Assembly: GCA_040954595.2 (NCBI GenBank)
Contig: CM082594.2
Location: 9,193,612 to 9,257,611, forward strand
Direction: 5' to 3'
Source of the DNA: Balanoglossus misakiensis
Lineage: Eukaryota; Animalia; Hemichordata
DNA: 64,000 bases
In this document: positions 13,101 to 24,725 of the stretch, one piece after another
Layout: each line of letters starts with the position of its first letter
How positions within the stretch are numbered: the first letter of the stretch is position 1
Notes under the pieces: model-generated
Seen by the model: only the letters and a program-made list of their open reading frames with translations
What the model was told of the DNA's origin: nothing
Database searches by the model: none
Position numbers and translations under genes: made by a program

Positions 13101-16100
13101 TGGAAACCTGTCTATACTGAACACCTTCAGTTTCCCAGCCCCCTCCCTTACAAAACATCCTGTCAAATTAACATGTGTACATACCAAAGACCTTTGAAGT
13201 TGGTTTCAATATGGAGGCCATTTTTCATGTCTCTCTTTGCAGATGATATCAAGGCAGATCAGATTGTAGAATTTGTACACAGTGAAGCAAGTCGTTCAAG
13301 TGTGGAACTGAACGATGACACATTTGAACATCTAACACAGGCTTCTACTGGTGCAACCACTGGAGACTGGCTGGTTGTTTTGTGAGTAATATATGTACCT
13401 ATGTCTATAATGTTTGGCAAGTTTTTCTGCTTATTTACTTACTAATCTGGCTCTAGGGGGCGCTGTCATGGTGTCACTCGAAAAAGATGTGAAACTATGA
13501 CTCCACAGGTCAAAGGTCGGAGTGGCTACAAATATGCAAATTATAATCTGAAACGTGTCATCACAGTAGAGCATCTGGATGAAATAACTTTTCAAGATGT
13601 GAAGGTTTTATTACACAATAGTAAAAAAATACGCAATTAGATTTCTGCTAAACCTCAAACATTCAGTTGCTTCCCCAGTCTTTTTACATTCAAATTTTCA
13701 GTCACCCTTTGAGCACAATGCTATAAATCACCAGTTTGTCAGGCGTGTGCCATCTCTGTATATTTTAGTCTAGACATGCTTGTGTTGCCATGGTAGTGTG
13801 AAGCCATCGTTACTGACTGTTAACACCATGATTGGTATTTTTTTTTTGTATTCAAGAAAATAAAATCTGTTTTACTTTATTTTGTCATTCATAAACTCCT
13901 CCTACTTTCGCAGCCAAGATCCTGAAGAGATTGAAAGTAACATGTTGATCCCAACAATAGAGGCTGCTGCTGCTGTGTAAGTATTCATGAATGAAAATAT
14001 CATGGCCGGTTCACTGGTAACTAGAGAATATGCACTGAGCTGGAAATGGCAAAAAAATAAAATAATGGTGAACCAGTATACGATCACCTACAGTAGTTAT
14101 GTGTCTGCCTGCTTTCTTACATTGGACATAATGATATTTGTAACCAAACTGCTCTTCAGCAAGCTCTCATTTCAGAGTTTGACATCATCACCTATCTTGA
14201 CCTTTGTACACCCATTCCAGGTGCTCGTCAATGACCCTTTGACCCCCAGGGTGTGTATAACACCCCCATAACCAATAGACCGCACAAATGTCTGTGTTCT
14301 GTGAGAACTAGTTTGTTTCATTTGTCTGCCAGTGTCAGCTTAAAGCATGTTTAAATATTATCATAGTATTTAATTTCAACTGCTGCATTTAGTATTTGCC
14401 CTCTGTCTTTCAAAGATATTTTTTAGTGTTTTTAACATTGCGGAATCATAGGTTTCACTCGCCTATATTGCAGACTACCATCAGAAGTCACAAAATAAGC
14501 AGTAAATTGGGTCAATATGTTTTATTATATTAAGTCAATATTGAGAAGACAATTTGAAATGTGCACATATAAATAGTGATTTTTTAACCCTTGAATAATA
14601 ATAAATCTCTTTTTAGACACATAAAATAACAAATAAAAGTCTCACATCACTACATGTATGTTTTGAGTCTCAATGTTCTGAACATGATGGATATTTCCAT
14701 TTCCAGACTGAAAGGAAGAATCAATGTAGCTATTGTGGATGTTAATGCCAGTCCAGGATTGGTGGAACAGTTTTCGATCGAGGAAACACCTGTTGTGTAC
14801 ATGTAAGTAGCCAATCAGAGAAGTCAGCTCTGACAATTCCCAGACCCTAAACAGGCAAGGCTGCATGTTGCTGTCTTTCTGAGTGACTTGAAAGTTCCTA
14901 AATACTAAGCATAAAAATTTATGCATGGTCTGCTAAAGTAAGCCAAGATAATATTAAAATAAATTTTAAAAAGTAGACAAATATTTACAGGCTATCGACC
15001 TTTATCTATGTCAGTGTTAGACTTTCTGTCACACATCCACACCTTATCCACCATGTTCTGTACACAAACCTGTCCTTGTAAATTGCATGTTTTTATTTGC
15101 TATTCACCATGCATGTCTGTCTTTTTTTCTTGGCTTTCTGTGTTTTTTTCCCCACTTCCAGTTTCCGTCTGGGCAACATGTATTCTTACAATCTCCCGGG
15201 AACTGACGTGTCTTCCTTCGTGTCTTTTGCCACCGGTTGGTATAAGAACTCTAAAGCTGTTAAAGTGCCGACACCCAAATCACCATTGTAAGTTGAGTTG
15301 AGGTAAGCCTCAGGGTTGCTTTGCATTGTGGGTAAGTCACAAGGTCAGGCTTCAAGGTGTGGACCTGCTCAGGAATGAAATGATGCACATTCTGTGGATA
15401 CAATTTTGTTTGTATTGTTCATTTGAATCCTGGGTATATTCTAATTGATGATGACTTATGACATGGTTGCCACGTCTACCATAGCTTACAAACTGAGCCT
15501 TTTATCACAGAAGCATCATTCATTCCACTGAGCGGTGTTTTCCCAACACTTGAGCCTGGCATTGGGAAAATCCCAAACTCCGCACAAATCCAGGAATACT
15601 GCAACACGGGGAAATTGTAATTTCAGCCGTAAGGAAGGAACGGAGGAATGGGTTGGATTTGAAGATGAAGTGACGTTGGATTCCATTCTTGCGTTCATTG
15701 GGGAAGAGGAGGAATCTAAGGAGAGTGCCTCAGACATTGCTAAAGAGAAACTGAAAAAAACAAAGGAAAAACTGTAAGGCAGTTATGCTACTTGTATTGC
15801 ATTATGCAGTGGTGCCCTTCACTGAAAATCAGAATCAACAATATTCATATTTCTGTGATATTTCTACCCTACTGTGCATAGATCAATAATCTCATCAAGA
15901 ATAAAAATACATCTATAAGTAGTACTGTACTTTATGTAGGATAAAATATTTTATGGCCAGAGAAGTGTCCACAATCCCACAGTTCAGGAGCTTCAAGTAT
16001 CTTCATTCAGTTCATAATGTTCTTGCTACTTTTTCAGTGATAAACTGGCAGAAAAAGTTGCTGATGGAGCCAAGAAGTTTGCCAGCGAGGCTAAAGTCAA

Positions 16101-16460
16101 ACTGAGTGACAGCGCACAGAAAGCCAAAGAAAAAATCAAGGAGCAGGCGGCGAAAGCCAGCGCTACCTTGAAAGAAGGCGCTGAAAAAGCCAGAGAGAAG
16201 TTGAAGGAAGGAGCTCAAAAAGCAAGGGTAGGATTTGGGAGGATTTTCTGTTATTCATATATTTTAGTTTGTTGATAATTACAACAGGGACTATATCGCT
16301 TCATTGATGTTATACATGGTTTTATTTGCAGGAAATTCTACAAGACAAAGAGGCCCAGAAGAAAATTGGTATCGGTAGCTCTGTTGTGATTGGAGCAGTT
16401 GTTTTGATTGTGGTTGTAGTCTGTGTCCGACGCAGGAAAAAGAAGGAAAAGACACAGTAG
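10134..16460 (+). CDS. Type I membrane thioredoxin-domain protein (TMX-like, redox-inactive), about 355 aa. Exons 10134-10272, 12840-13025, 13243-13381, 13914-13976, 14707-14802, 15162-15287 (alternative 15627-15773), 16038-16227, 16332-16460
   Basis: Signal peptide MAVKLAAVLLFLTSGSLVLA. Two Trx-like folds ([42 protein letters not shown]...LKGRINVAIVD...TPVVYIFRLG). TM segment IGIGSSVVIGAVVLIVVVVC and C-terminal KEKTQ (KxKxx ER-retrieval type). All junctions are phase-compatible GT-AG. Confidence 0.85.
12134..12510. repeat. Degenerate ~48-50 bp tandem repeat, about 7-8 units, with a CCAAT core, in intron 1 of the thioredoxin gene
   Basis: Recurring ATCAGCCAATT-(N7-8)-GTAGG(A/G)AA with variable intervening sequence. 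Confidence 0.75.
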
Positions 16461-18163
16461 ATAATGCAATCACCCCCCCCCCCCCCCCCATAGTCCTTTC
16501 AGATGGGTAATTCCTATTGTCGTCTTCTCTCAGATGGGCCAAACCATTTGAAAATAGGAATGGGCAGGTTACACACAGCAGTACTCTATAGTTAATCATA
16601 CTTTTCTCAGTACTGTTAATGATTGTTGTCATAGTAACATCATAGATGTGAGCAATCATGTCCAAAAGTGTGAACAAATAACTGAAGAATAAAACAAAAG
16701 ACATTTGACAACTCAGCTGAAATACCTACATCATTAGTGATTACATTTTACAGTGGGAAAATTCCGTTTTCTATTCCAAACCTGTCTCTTTTCCCTTTTG
16801 TCTATGCAGGTGTGAGATTTTAAGAATTTATTCCAATTTAAAATTACATATTTTTTGCTTGAAGGTAATAAATTTTGAAGACATATCTACAGCTTTCCCC
16901 GGTAATGTTATAAAGGGGCTTAGTGCTTGAAGTACAGTTTTTATTTTAACTAATATGACTCTCCCATTGAAATCAGTGTATTTATCAAGTAACGGTATAC
17001 TATTGCAATTTAGCTCAGCGTGGAGAAGAGAAATTTATTCAATAAGTCCCTGAAATATACAAGTGGTCATTAGTGTTGGTAGTCTTTGTGTTTTGAGATT
17101 AATATTGGGGAGTAAATGGTAGGGTTAGAAGCAAGGGGAAATTAAGAATCATTCCAGGCAATAGAGTAGAAACCAACAATTTACATTTCTAATCAGCAGT
17201 GTATAAGAAGCAATACTTGAACAAGGTTGATATTCATGTATTATAATTCAGTTGAAAGTTAGTGGGATAAGTTTAATGAAAGGTGTAGATATATTTTCGA
17301 GAGGAATTTAACAATTAAAAAAAAAAAACTGAAATAGGGTGGTGAGAGCGATAGTGTTTTACAAAGGATTCATGTTTCCAAGATTATAATCATGATTTAA
17401 TTTAAGGGTGTATCAGAATGTAAGATTAGTTAAAAAGGAATAAAACGTCATAATTGGCAAAACCATGATTTATCCCCAAATGTTCGTTCCATATCAATGG
17501 TGCTACTTGGGTCAACCTTGGCAAGAGGGTTTGTCATGTAGAAGGATGGGAAGTTTAGTCAGCGTTCAAAGCGACAGTGGCTGTCAGATTTGACCAGAAC
17601 AGATATATTGAAAATATATAAAAGGTACAGAATTATCATGTTTTAATTGGATTTTTTTTCTTCGAAATATGCAGATGTAACAAGCATATATAATATTAAA
17701 GATTAATTTATTGAGGGATAATTTTGTCTTTGTATATTGTTCACTTCTCTGTACAAAATGTCATCTTCCAGATGAATCAAGATCTCATGCCATCAGGTAC
17801 ATTCCAGAACCAACATCTTTATTTCATATTCTTTATATTTTATTTGGATAAAAACCTCACGCTTTCAAGCACAAACAAAACTCGCATGACACACAGAAAC
17901 AAACAAGAATAGAGATTTGCACATATATAGACGACTATGCAAACAATGACACGGTGTCTGCCTTCGCGTAGTAACGCTAGACACAGCGCGACCTCAGTTG
18001 ACCCCAATTTCCAGAGAGGTGGGGCAAAGGTCACGAGTGCCGCCCTTTCGTGGCATGTGGAGAAAAGACTGCAAACAAATGAATCGAAAAAATGGCTTCC
18101 TGGGTTCCCCGGAATGGTAAATAATTTTGGCGGAACGTTTTTGCCGTATTGTAAACGCGGAAA

Positions 18164-18982
18164 ATGTCGTTGGCAGGCCGAGTTTACCTCGTCACGGGGT
18201 CAACGGATGGCATCGGAAGACACACAGCGATTCGCTTGGCGCAGGCTGGCGGAACAGTCCTGATCCACGGACGCAATCGAGTGAAGGGCGAAAAGGTCGT
18301 GGAGGAAATTAAAACGGCCACTGGTAATCCGAACGTGGAACTTTTCGTGGGCGACTTGTCATCCCTTGAGCACATTCGGCAAATGTCAAGGGAAATCCAC
18401 GAAAGACACAGTCGAATTGATGTGCTCATCAACAACGCCGGAGTCTGGGAAAACCAAAGATGCTTGTCTCAAGACGGATATGAGATGACATTTGCTGTCA
18501 ACGTTTTAGCCCCCTTTCTGCTAACTTCGCTACTTCTGGACCTTATTCCAAAAGGTCGCGTCGACAGCCGGATCGTCATTGTCAGCTCAATCACACAGGC
18601 TTACAAGCTAGATTTCACCAATCTGCAGTTCGAGAGAGAGTACAGTGGCTTCGCATCCTACGCACAGTCAAAACTGTGCGATATTTTGTTCAGTTACGAA
18701 CTCTCCGATCGACTCCGCCCTTTGGGCATCACGGTCAACTGCTGTGACCCTGGGACTGTCAACACCAACATGTTGTTGAAAAGCTACGGTCCAATCGGTA
18801 TACCCATTGAGCAGGCGGATAATGAATTCTACCTAGCGACCGATCCCAAGTTCCACAGCGTCTCCGGGAAATACTTTGTGCATCTCCAAGATGCACAGTC
18901 AGCCAGTTTATCATACGACATCAAAACGCGACGCAGGATGTGGCAGATAATGGAGCAGATGACAGGTGCCACTTTCCCGTGA
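18164..18982 (+). CDS. Short-chain dehydrogenase/reductase (retinol dehydrogenase 12/14-like), single exon, 272 aa
   Basis: TGSTDGIG Rossmann motif, INNAG, catalytic Ser (IVIVSS), YAQSK (YxxxK), DPGTVNT; uninterrupted ORF. Confidence 0.92.
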   Translation: MSLAGRVYLVTGSTDGIGRHTAIRLAQAGGTVLIHGRNRVKGEKVVEEIKTATGNPNVELFVGDLSSLEHIRQMSREIHERHSRIDVLINNAGVWENQRCLSQDGYEMTFAVNVLAPFLLTSLLLDLIPKGRVDSRIVIVSSITQAYKLDFTNLQFEREYSGFASYAQSKLCDILFSYELSDRLRPLGITVNCCDPGTVNTNMLLKSYGPIGIPIEQADNEFYLATDPKFHSVSGKYFVHLQDAQSASLSYDIKTRRRMWQIMEQMTGATFP

Positions 18983-20987
18983 CCTTTGACCCAGTGTCTA
19001 TTCCTCTACAGAGACATTCCAGTTGAACGGTGAAAGTGGGAACCGGGAATGAATTGTAAAAAGCATCGCTTAGTGGTAAAGGAAAAAAAAGAATAACACG
19101 CGACTGCCGAAGTAAAGCCCATTTGTGATAGATATTGCTGATACGCGAAAGAGTGAAATTAATTACTGCATCTTGTGGATGCCACCAAAATCTGCAAATC
19201 CCATTTCGGGGAAAGAAGAGAACAGCTAGTGTGTATTTGTGTTGTAGAGACCGTTTTAATGAGACAGTTATAATGCCTGTCAGCCAGGAGAGCTATGAAA
19301 AGTTTCAAAGACCCTTTTTTAAATCTCCTGTATTTCTTTTTTCTAGTTTATTGTATTCTAAGCGTAAGATTTTCACGTACACAATCTAAACAAAAAGATA
19401 ACTAGCCTACTGCAGGCCACAGTTAACTTTTATAGACTTAATTGTGTTTTCAATTTTACAAATTTTGTAAAGAGACTTGATTTCAATAATGCTTTAATTA
19501 AACACTTCGCAGTCATTCAAAAATAATGAATAATAACCTCGAAGATATTTAAAAATCTATATGCGATATTAAATTTGTATTGTAAATTTCATAGTCTGAA
19601 GAAAGCCACAAAGTCGTGGGCAGTGCTTTTATCATTGCAATTTTGTAAACAGTTGTATTTTAACTGCCTTGATTTTTTGAGCAGTTGGTATTTCCGTTGT
19701 GTTGCGTAGCATCAGGGTCTTTTAAACCATATGGCAGACTGTTAGTCAAAAAGAAGGGCTGGAAATGAAAACTCATGTAACAGGTTGTGATTTTCGTTGT
19801 ACCAGAACTAGCTCTTGCAATGCTGTGATAGCAGGCTTTAACAGCCTTTCTAAATATTTAATAGGATGCACTCATATTTTTGACCATTTTCGTCCGCCGG
19901 CTACCACACATTGGGTATAAATAACCACATGCAAAGTTTTATGTTTACTGAGTGACCTCATTTCACCCGTCGCCTTAGTTTCTCTGGAGATATCCAGCAG
20001 CGCCCTCTTTTGGTAAATATCTAAGTACAAGATATTTTGTTTTTTCGCTTTTCAGACAAACTTTTCGCAATTAACAGCTAAATATTATTTTTTCCCAAAA
20101 GTTCCTAAACTGCCAAGATAATCATACTCTCGACAACTTTGTTGTGTGTGAGGTTTTGCAAAAGTACTGTTTTGACGATACAAGTAGATACAAGTATTTG
20201 AAAGTACTAGAAAATGTATCAATTTTTTAATGGATTATATGTTAGATGTATGGAAAGCTTGCTGTAGTCCTCGCAGATAAATGCCACTTTATTATAACCA
20301 ATTACCTCAAATTCTAATGAAACAGATAATTCTTCATATTCCAATATTTCTGGACTGAATGTGAGCCTACAAATGCAAATGTGTAGCACTGCCCATTGGT
20401 GCATGTGTGCATAACAGGGAATTGTGGAAACAATCTTATGGTTGAAATTTGAAAGCAAACCAGTTTTAAATCAAAGCAATAATTTTAATCAATTGTATAT
20501 GCTATTTTTTGTATCTCTGCAATAAACTTGCCGAAGTAGTTTACAACAAACGGTCTTGTTTATTTCTTTGTGTCAAAGGAAAATTGATACATTGTAGTTC
20601 AGTGAAAATGCTACAAAATGTGCATAACTGTAACAAAGTTTTTTTTCTCAGTTAAAGCCAGCCATTACTGAAGTAATTAACAGTAACAGTTCCTATGTTG
20701 TTGGTGATTGATTTTTAACTGGCCAACTGACCAATTTTCCAGTGTGATTGCTTATAGAAAACCTTGCAAACTGTGCCCCCAACGACCACTGGACATTTCA
20801 TGGTAAGTTAAAATTGACAAACTTAAAAATGTTTATACTATTGCACATACTTTACATATAAGAAAATTCCAAAACCTACAATTTTCATAAAAACATTTGC
20901 TACTGAAGTAGCACTAAATGTGTTAGTAGAATAATTGATCAATCTTTAAAATTGATTTAAAAGTTGTTGGGAATAGTTCATTGCCGT

Positions 20988-22972
20988 TTACTTCTTCAAC
21001 CACTCTGATCCCTGAAAGAAAAAAGAAAATGATGGTTTCTATCATTTCATTATGTCACTGTGTACAAAATATTCTCTTCTGTCATTGATTCTCCCAAAAA
21101 CACGATACCCCCCCCCCCTCCCCTGTAATAAATGAACACAGTGCAGCTACAGCGATCTCAGTTGTGAACTTCAAATTCAAATAGAACTCCCCAGCTTACC
21201 GTGGATATTCTATTCCAGATATCATCAATAAGACTGTCACATGACATCACGCCATCAGAATCCGCCTCAACTGCAGAAGGGAGGCCAGGAGACACTGCAG
21301 CCATGGACAGATCATTGTCAGATTCCAGTCTACTTTTTTCAGTGACAACAGAACTTTCTCTTTCAGGTGCTCTGTTTTTGTTTTCCTGTGAAATGAATTC
21401 AAATTGAGTTTGCGATGGAAATGTGGGTCTTGTGATAGATGACCATCAGCAATTATGTATTCTATGGTTTAAAAGAAGATTACAGTCATCCTGTACTGAT
21501 AGTACATTGTTCACTAGTGACTTACCCCTATTGCTAGTTTGCCATCTACATTATCAAGCACATTTTCTTCATCATCCATTTTGAATTTATCAAAGACTTG
21601 AACTTGTATCATGATGGCATCATCATCTTCATCGCTGAAATATGTTAAAAAACACATCAGTCCAGCAGTCATGACCCATTCACTAGTACAGTGTATTAAA
21701 TAAAATGTCTTTTCCCAGATCTTTAGAGGGGTTTATCTGTACAAACAGATGCATTTGAAAACAACCATATAATGAGTATTAATGTTCTGTCATGTGACTC
21801 TAATCAACCAATGTACGTATCTGAATTTGTTGATGTGCAGGGCTTACCTCAACTGATCCAGAATATCCAGAAATCCTAGGTCAATGAACTCTTCCCTTAT
21901 TTGACATCTCTCTGTCAAATTCTTGTTCCCACAAATCAAACAATTCACAAAACCCAGCAAAGTTGACTTGTACTGCAAAGAGTTGGATTTTTCCAATGCA
22001 TCAATGATGACACTGAATTTATGACTCTGCTGTTTGGTTGTCTGTAAAAAAGAAAGAGACCACTAAAATCAACTTTTAATAATGATATTTACTGACAGCC
22101 AATAATCAGAAATATTTAAGAAGTATACATCTACCTTATAAAACTGCAATGCTGTAATCACCATGAGACATCCATCTTGAGAATACAGGCTAATTACTGA
22201 CAATATTTCAATTACAGCCATCTTAGTTTTGATGTTGACTGAATTCAAACCTAAATCAATAGAAATAGTTTAATGTAAACACATAAATTTTGCATTATCA
22301 AATAATCAAACATTATCAAACAATCTGACAAAAAAGCTTCGTGTTTGCGCATGTGCACTCCCATTGAATAACAACTGCATTCATTACAGGAATTCAACCA
22401 TGATACAGTGCATTCATTATATGAATTCAGGCATGGCAGAATTAGTTAGCCATTTCCGAGAATCACAGGGCTGTGATCACCCCGTGATGGTAATCGACCT
22501 GTTTATATCACGCCCAATCTCCCGTTGAGAATCAGTGTTCTCACTTACCAAGCAAGATATTTTCAACTAGGTTCTGGTTTTTCTTCTGCAACAGGAATTT
22601 CAAACCACTCGCCCTGTTAAGGATGGCCTTGATACATCCTATGCATTCAAACGACGACCCATCGCTATCGTCAGTGTGTCCGACGGGCTGTCTGTCCCCT
22701 ATTCTGGCCAGATACCCGGTCAATAATAATAGTCCATCCATTTTTAAGAACTCCGACATCCATTTCTCGTTGCTCGATTTCAGTCTTGTTCCAATGCCAG
22801 CGAAATTTGTCACGTTTGGGCGATTAAGAATTCTAATACAGAGTTCTGGATCACAGTTGTCCAAATTTTTGCGATCAAAATCAAAGTTCTCATTTGACGT
22901 CACCGGCTGCGCCATCCCTTTGGCTGAAGAATCCATAATTCCAGCCTTGGTAACTGCATGTAATGGTGTCAC
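20988..22972 (-). CDS. INF2-like formin N-terminal domain protein (GBD/FH3, DID only), about 350 aa, no FH1/FH2. Exons 22972-22549, 22250-22135, 22041-21848, 21634-21526, 21385-21200, 21011-20988
   Basis: LDNCDPELCIRILNRPNVTNFAGIGTRLKSSNEKWMSEFLKMDGL resembles the INF2 N-terminus. FH3 features KMAVIEILSVISLYSQDG, YKSTLLGFVNCLI, RCQIREEFIDLG and IQVQVF follow. Exon lengths sum to 1053 nt in frame, ending GSEWLKK*. Confidence 0.82.
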
Positions 22973-24059
22973 CGGGCAAATTGTAATATATTACAGATCT
23001 CAACAGTGTCAACATATGCTCGTGGTGTCGATCTCCGGTGAACACGCCCACTTCATTAGCAATGCCTGTTCGTCAATCAGGATTGCAGATACATGTAGTA
23101 GAAAGTTTTGTGCTGTTTTCCGTGTTTCCGAGTAGTCCCTACCACAAAATTCAATGTCAGATAAGTTTACTTTCTGTATCCTGTACTCGCATTTGACGAA
23201 ACGTGATAGAATTCATCAAACTTTCAATAAATCTTACTCATGTATGACTAACTGTTTGATAATGTATAGTTTATATCAATGTCGTCAACATTTGGTACCG
23301 AACAGTACCACAGTCATTAATTCTTTGTCAAACAGCTCATTTCAAGACTAGTGCTTATGTTCACTAACCCCTTCTAGTTTTAAAAAGATGCTTTGCTGCA
23401 TACCTCTGTCTATTTGTGTAAAAGTGTATTCAACATACTTCTCTTGTTTTACTTTGATAGTCTTTGTGTACGAACTCAAACTGTGTAAGAAAGAAGACAA
23501 AACACACGGACATTACTGTATTCTTCTCAGCTGTGCAATGTTTAACGATTTTCCCTCAGTCATTTTTCCTACATTTTGCTCCTTGCAGCGTGTCAAACGA
23601 ACCCGGTATTGGACTTGCAAACACATATGTGGACGTAAGGGGCGCTAATCAAGCAGAAAATAAAGTTGCGATTCCAAAACTTTCTCAGTCTGTTTTTACA
23701 ATAAAATATCCAGTTGTATAACCAAAATGTCCTTTTCTGATTCAATTTATGTCCTCAGAACAATTTGAAGTACATTAAAAAGGCTGGTTGTTCGCGGACC
23801 GTACGGATAAGTTAAGTGACCTTACGCTGAACCCTGACCCCTAAAACTTTAGCGGACGACAATAATTATAATCTTTACAGTTATATGTAAATGACAGAAA
23901 ATAGTCCCATAGCGATTCTGTCGCCTTCTAATATACGCCTTGTATACCCAAGAAAAGTTATAGTTTGGTTACAATGATTTATATTGTGTGCTCCAGAGCA
24001 CCATGAATCTAGTTTTCCACGGTTTTGTGGACCCTTGTCTTCGGACAAAGTAGTGCCAC

Positions 24060-24160
24060 GCTGGGACCACGCCCATTTGTTGTAGTGATCCGCCATATTG
24101 GAAATACGGGAAGTTGTTCAGAGTTGTGAAGGACGCACAGTAAGCAGTCGACGGTGAGTT
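24060..24160 (+). promoter_or_regulatory. Probable promoter and non-coding first exon of CDC42SE, divergent from the INF2-like gene
   Basis: CpG-richer patch with a GC box (ccacgccc), YY1-like ccgccatatt and ETS-like cgggaagt. Donors cg|gtgagt near 24152 and ag|gtaagt near 24231. I recognised no coding exon between here and 33978. Confidence 0.5.
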
Positions 24161-24701
24161 TCCTGGTTTGAAACCTGAAGGAATCGCGATCACTTCCCCC
24201 GGTATTCAAGCAGAATAGCTCACCAGATAAGGTAAGTTGAATATCATTGGACGCATAGTTTTGTTGACCGAAAGTACGTCTCTCGTTGAAGTTGTATGTG
24301 GCGACAAACAGGTCGTGTGTCAATGAGATTTGAATCTGTTAGTTGAGGGGTCTGAATTCATGTTCAACTCCGAAATCCACATAGTTTAGTTTTGTTTTGT
24401 TTTATGCCGAATAAAAGCCAGCGTTTATACGAAGACCGGTTTCAGTGACATATATACTTTACTTTCTGCGTAAAAAGTTTTCGTGAAGCTGGTTGCAGTT
24501 TGAGCACGTGACTGTATTACAGTGTAGTCATTAATATTACTGATATGTTTCATATTCTAATAAACATAACATCACTGTCATTCATGTACGTTTCGTACAC
24601 AGTGTTGTGAAACACAAAAATTGTTGTGGCCATACCAGTCATACGTTATGACACAGTCCCTGGAGGTACTGTAGTAAGTTATGACATAATTATATCAGAC
24701 A

Positions 24702-24725
24702 CCCCCCCCCCCCCCCCCCCCCCCC
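24702..24725. repeat. Poly-C homopolymer; similar C/G runs near 6527, 16472, 21107, 34543 and 58245
   Basis: About 24 consecutive C. Confidence 0.85.

Noticed and set aside
22623-23135. 170-aa plus-strand ORF
   Set aside because: Antisense shadow of the first exon of the INF2-like gene.
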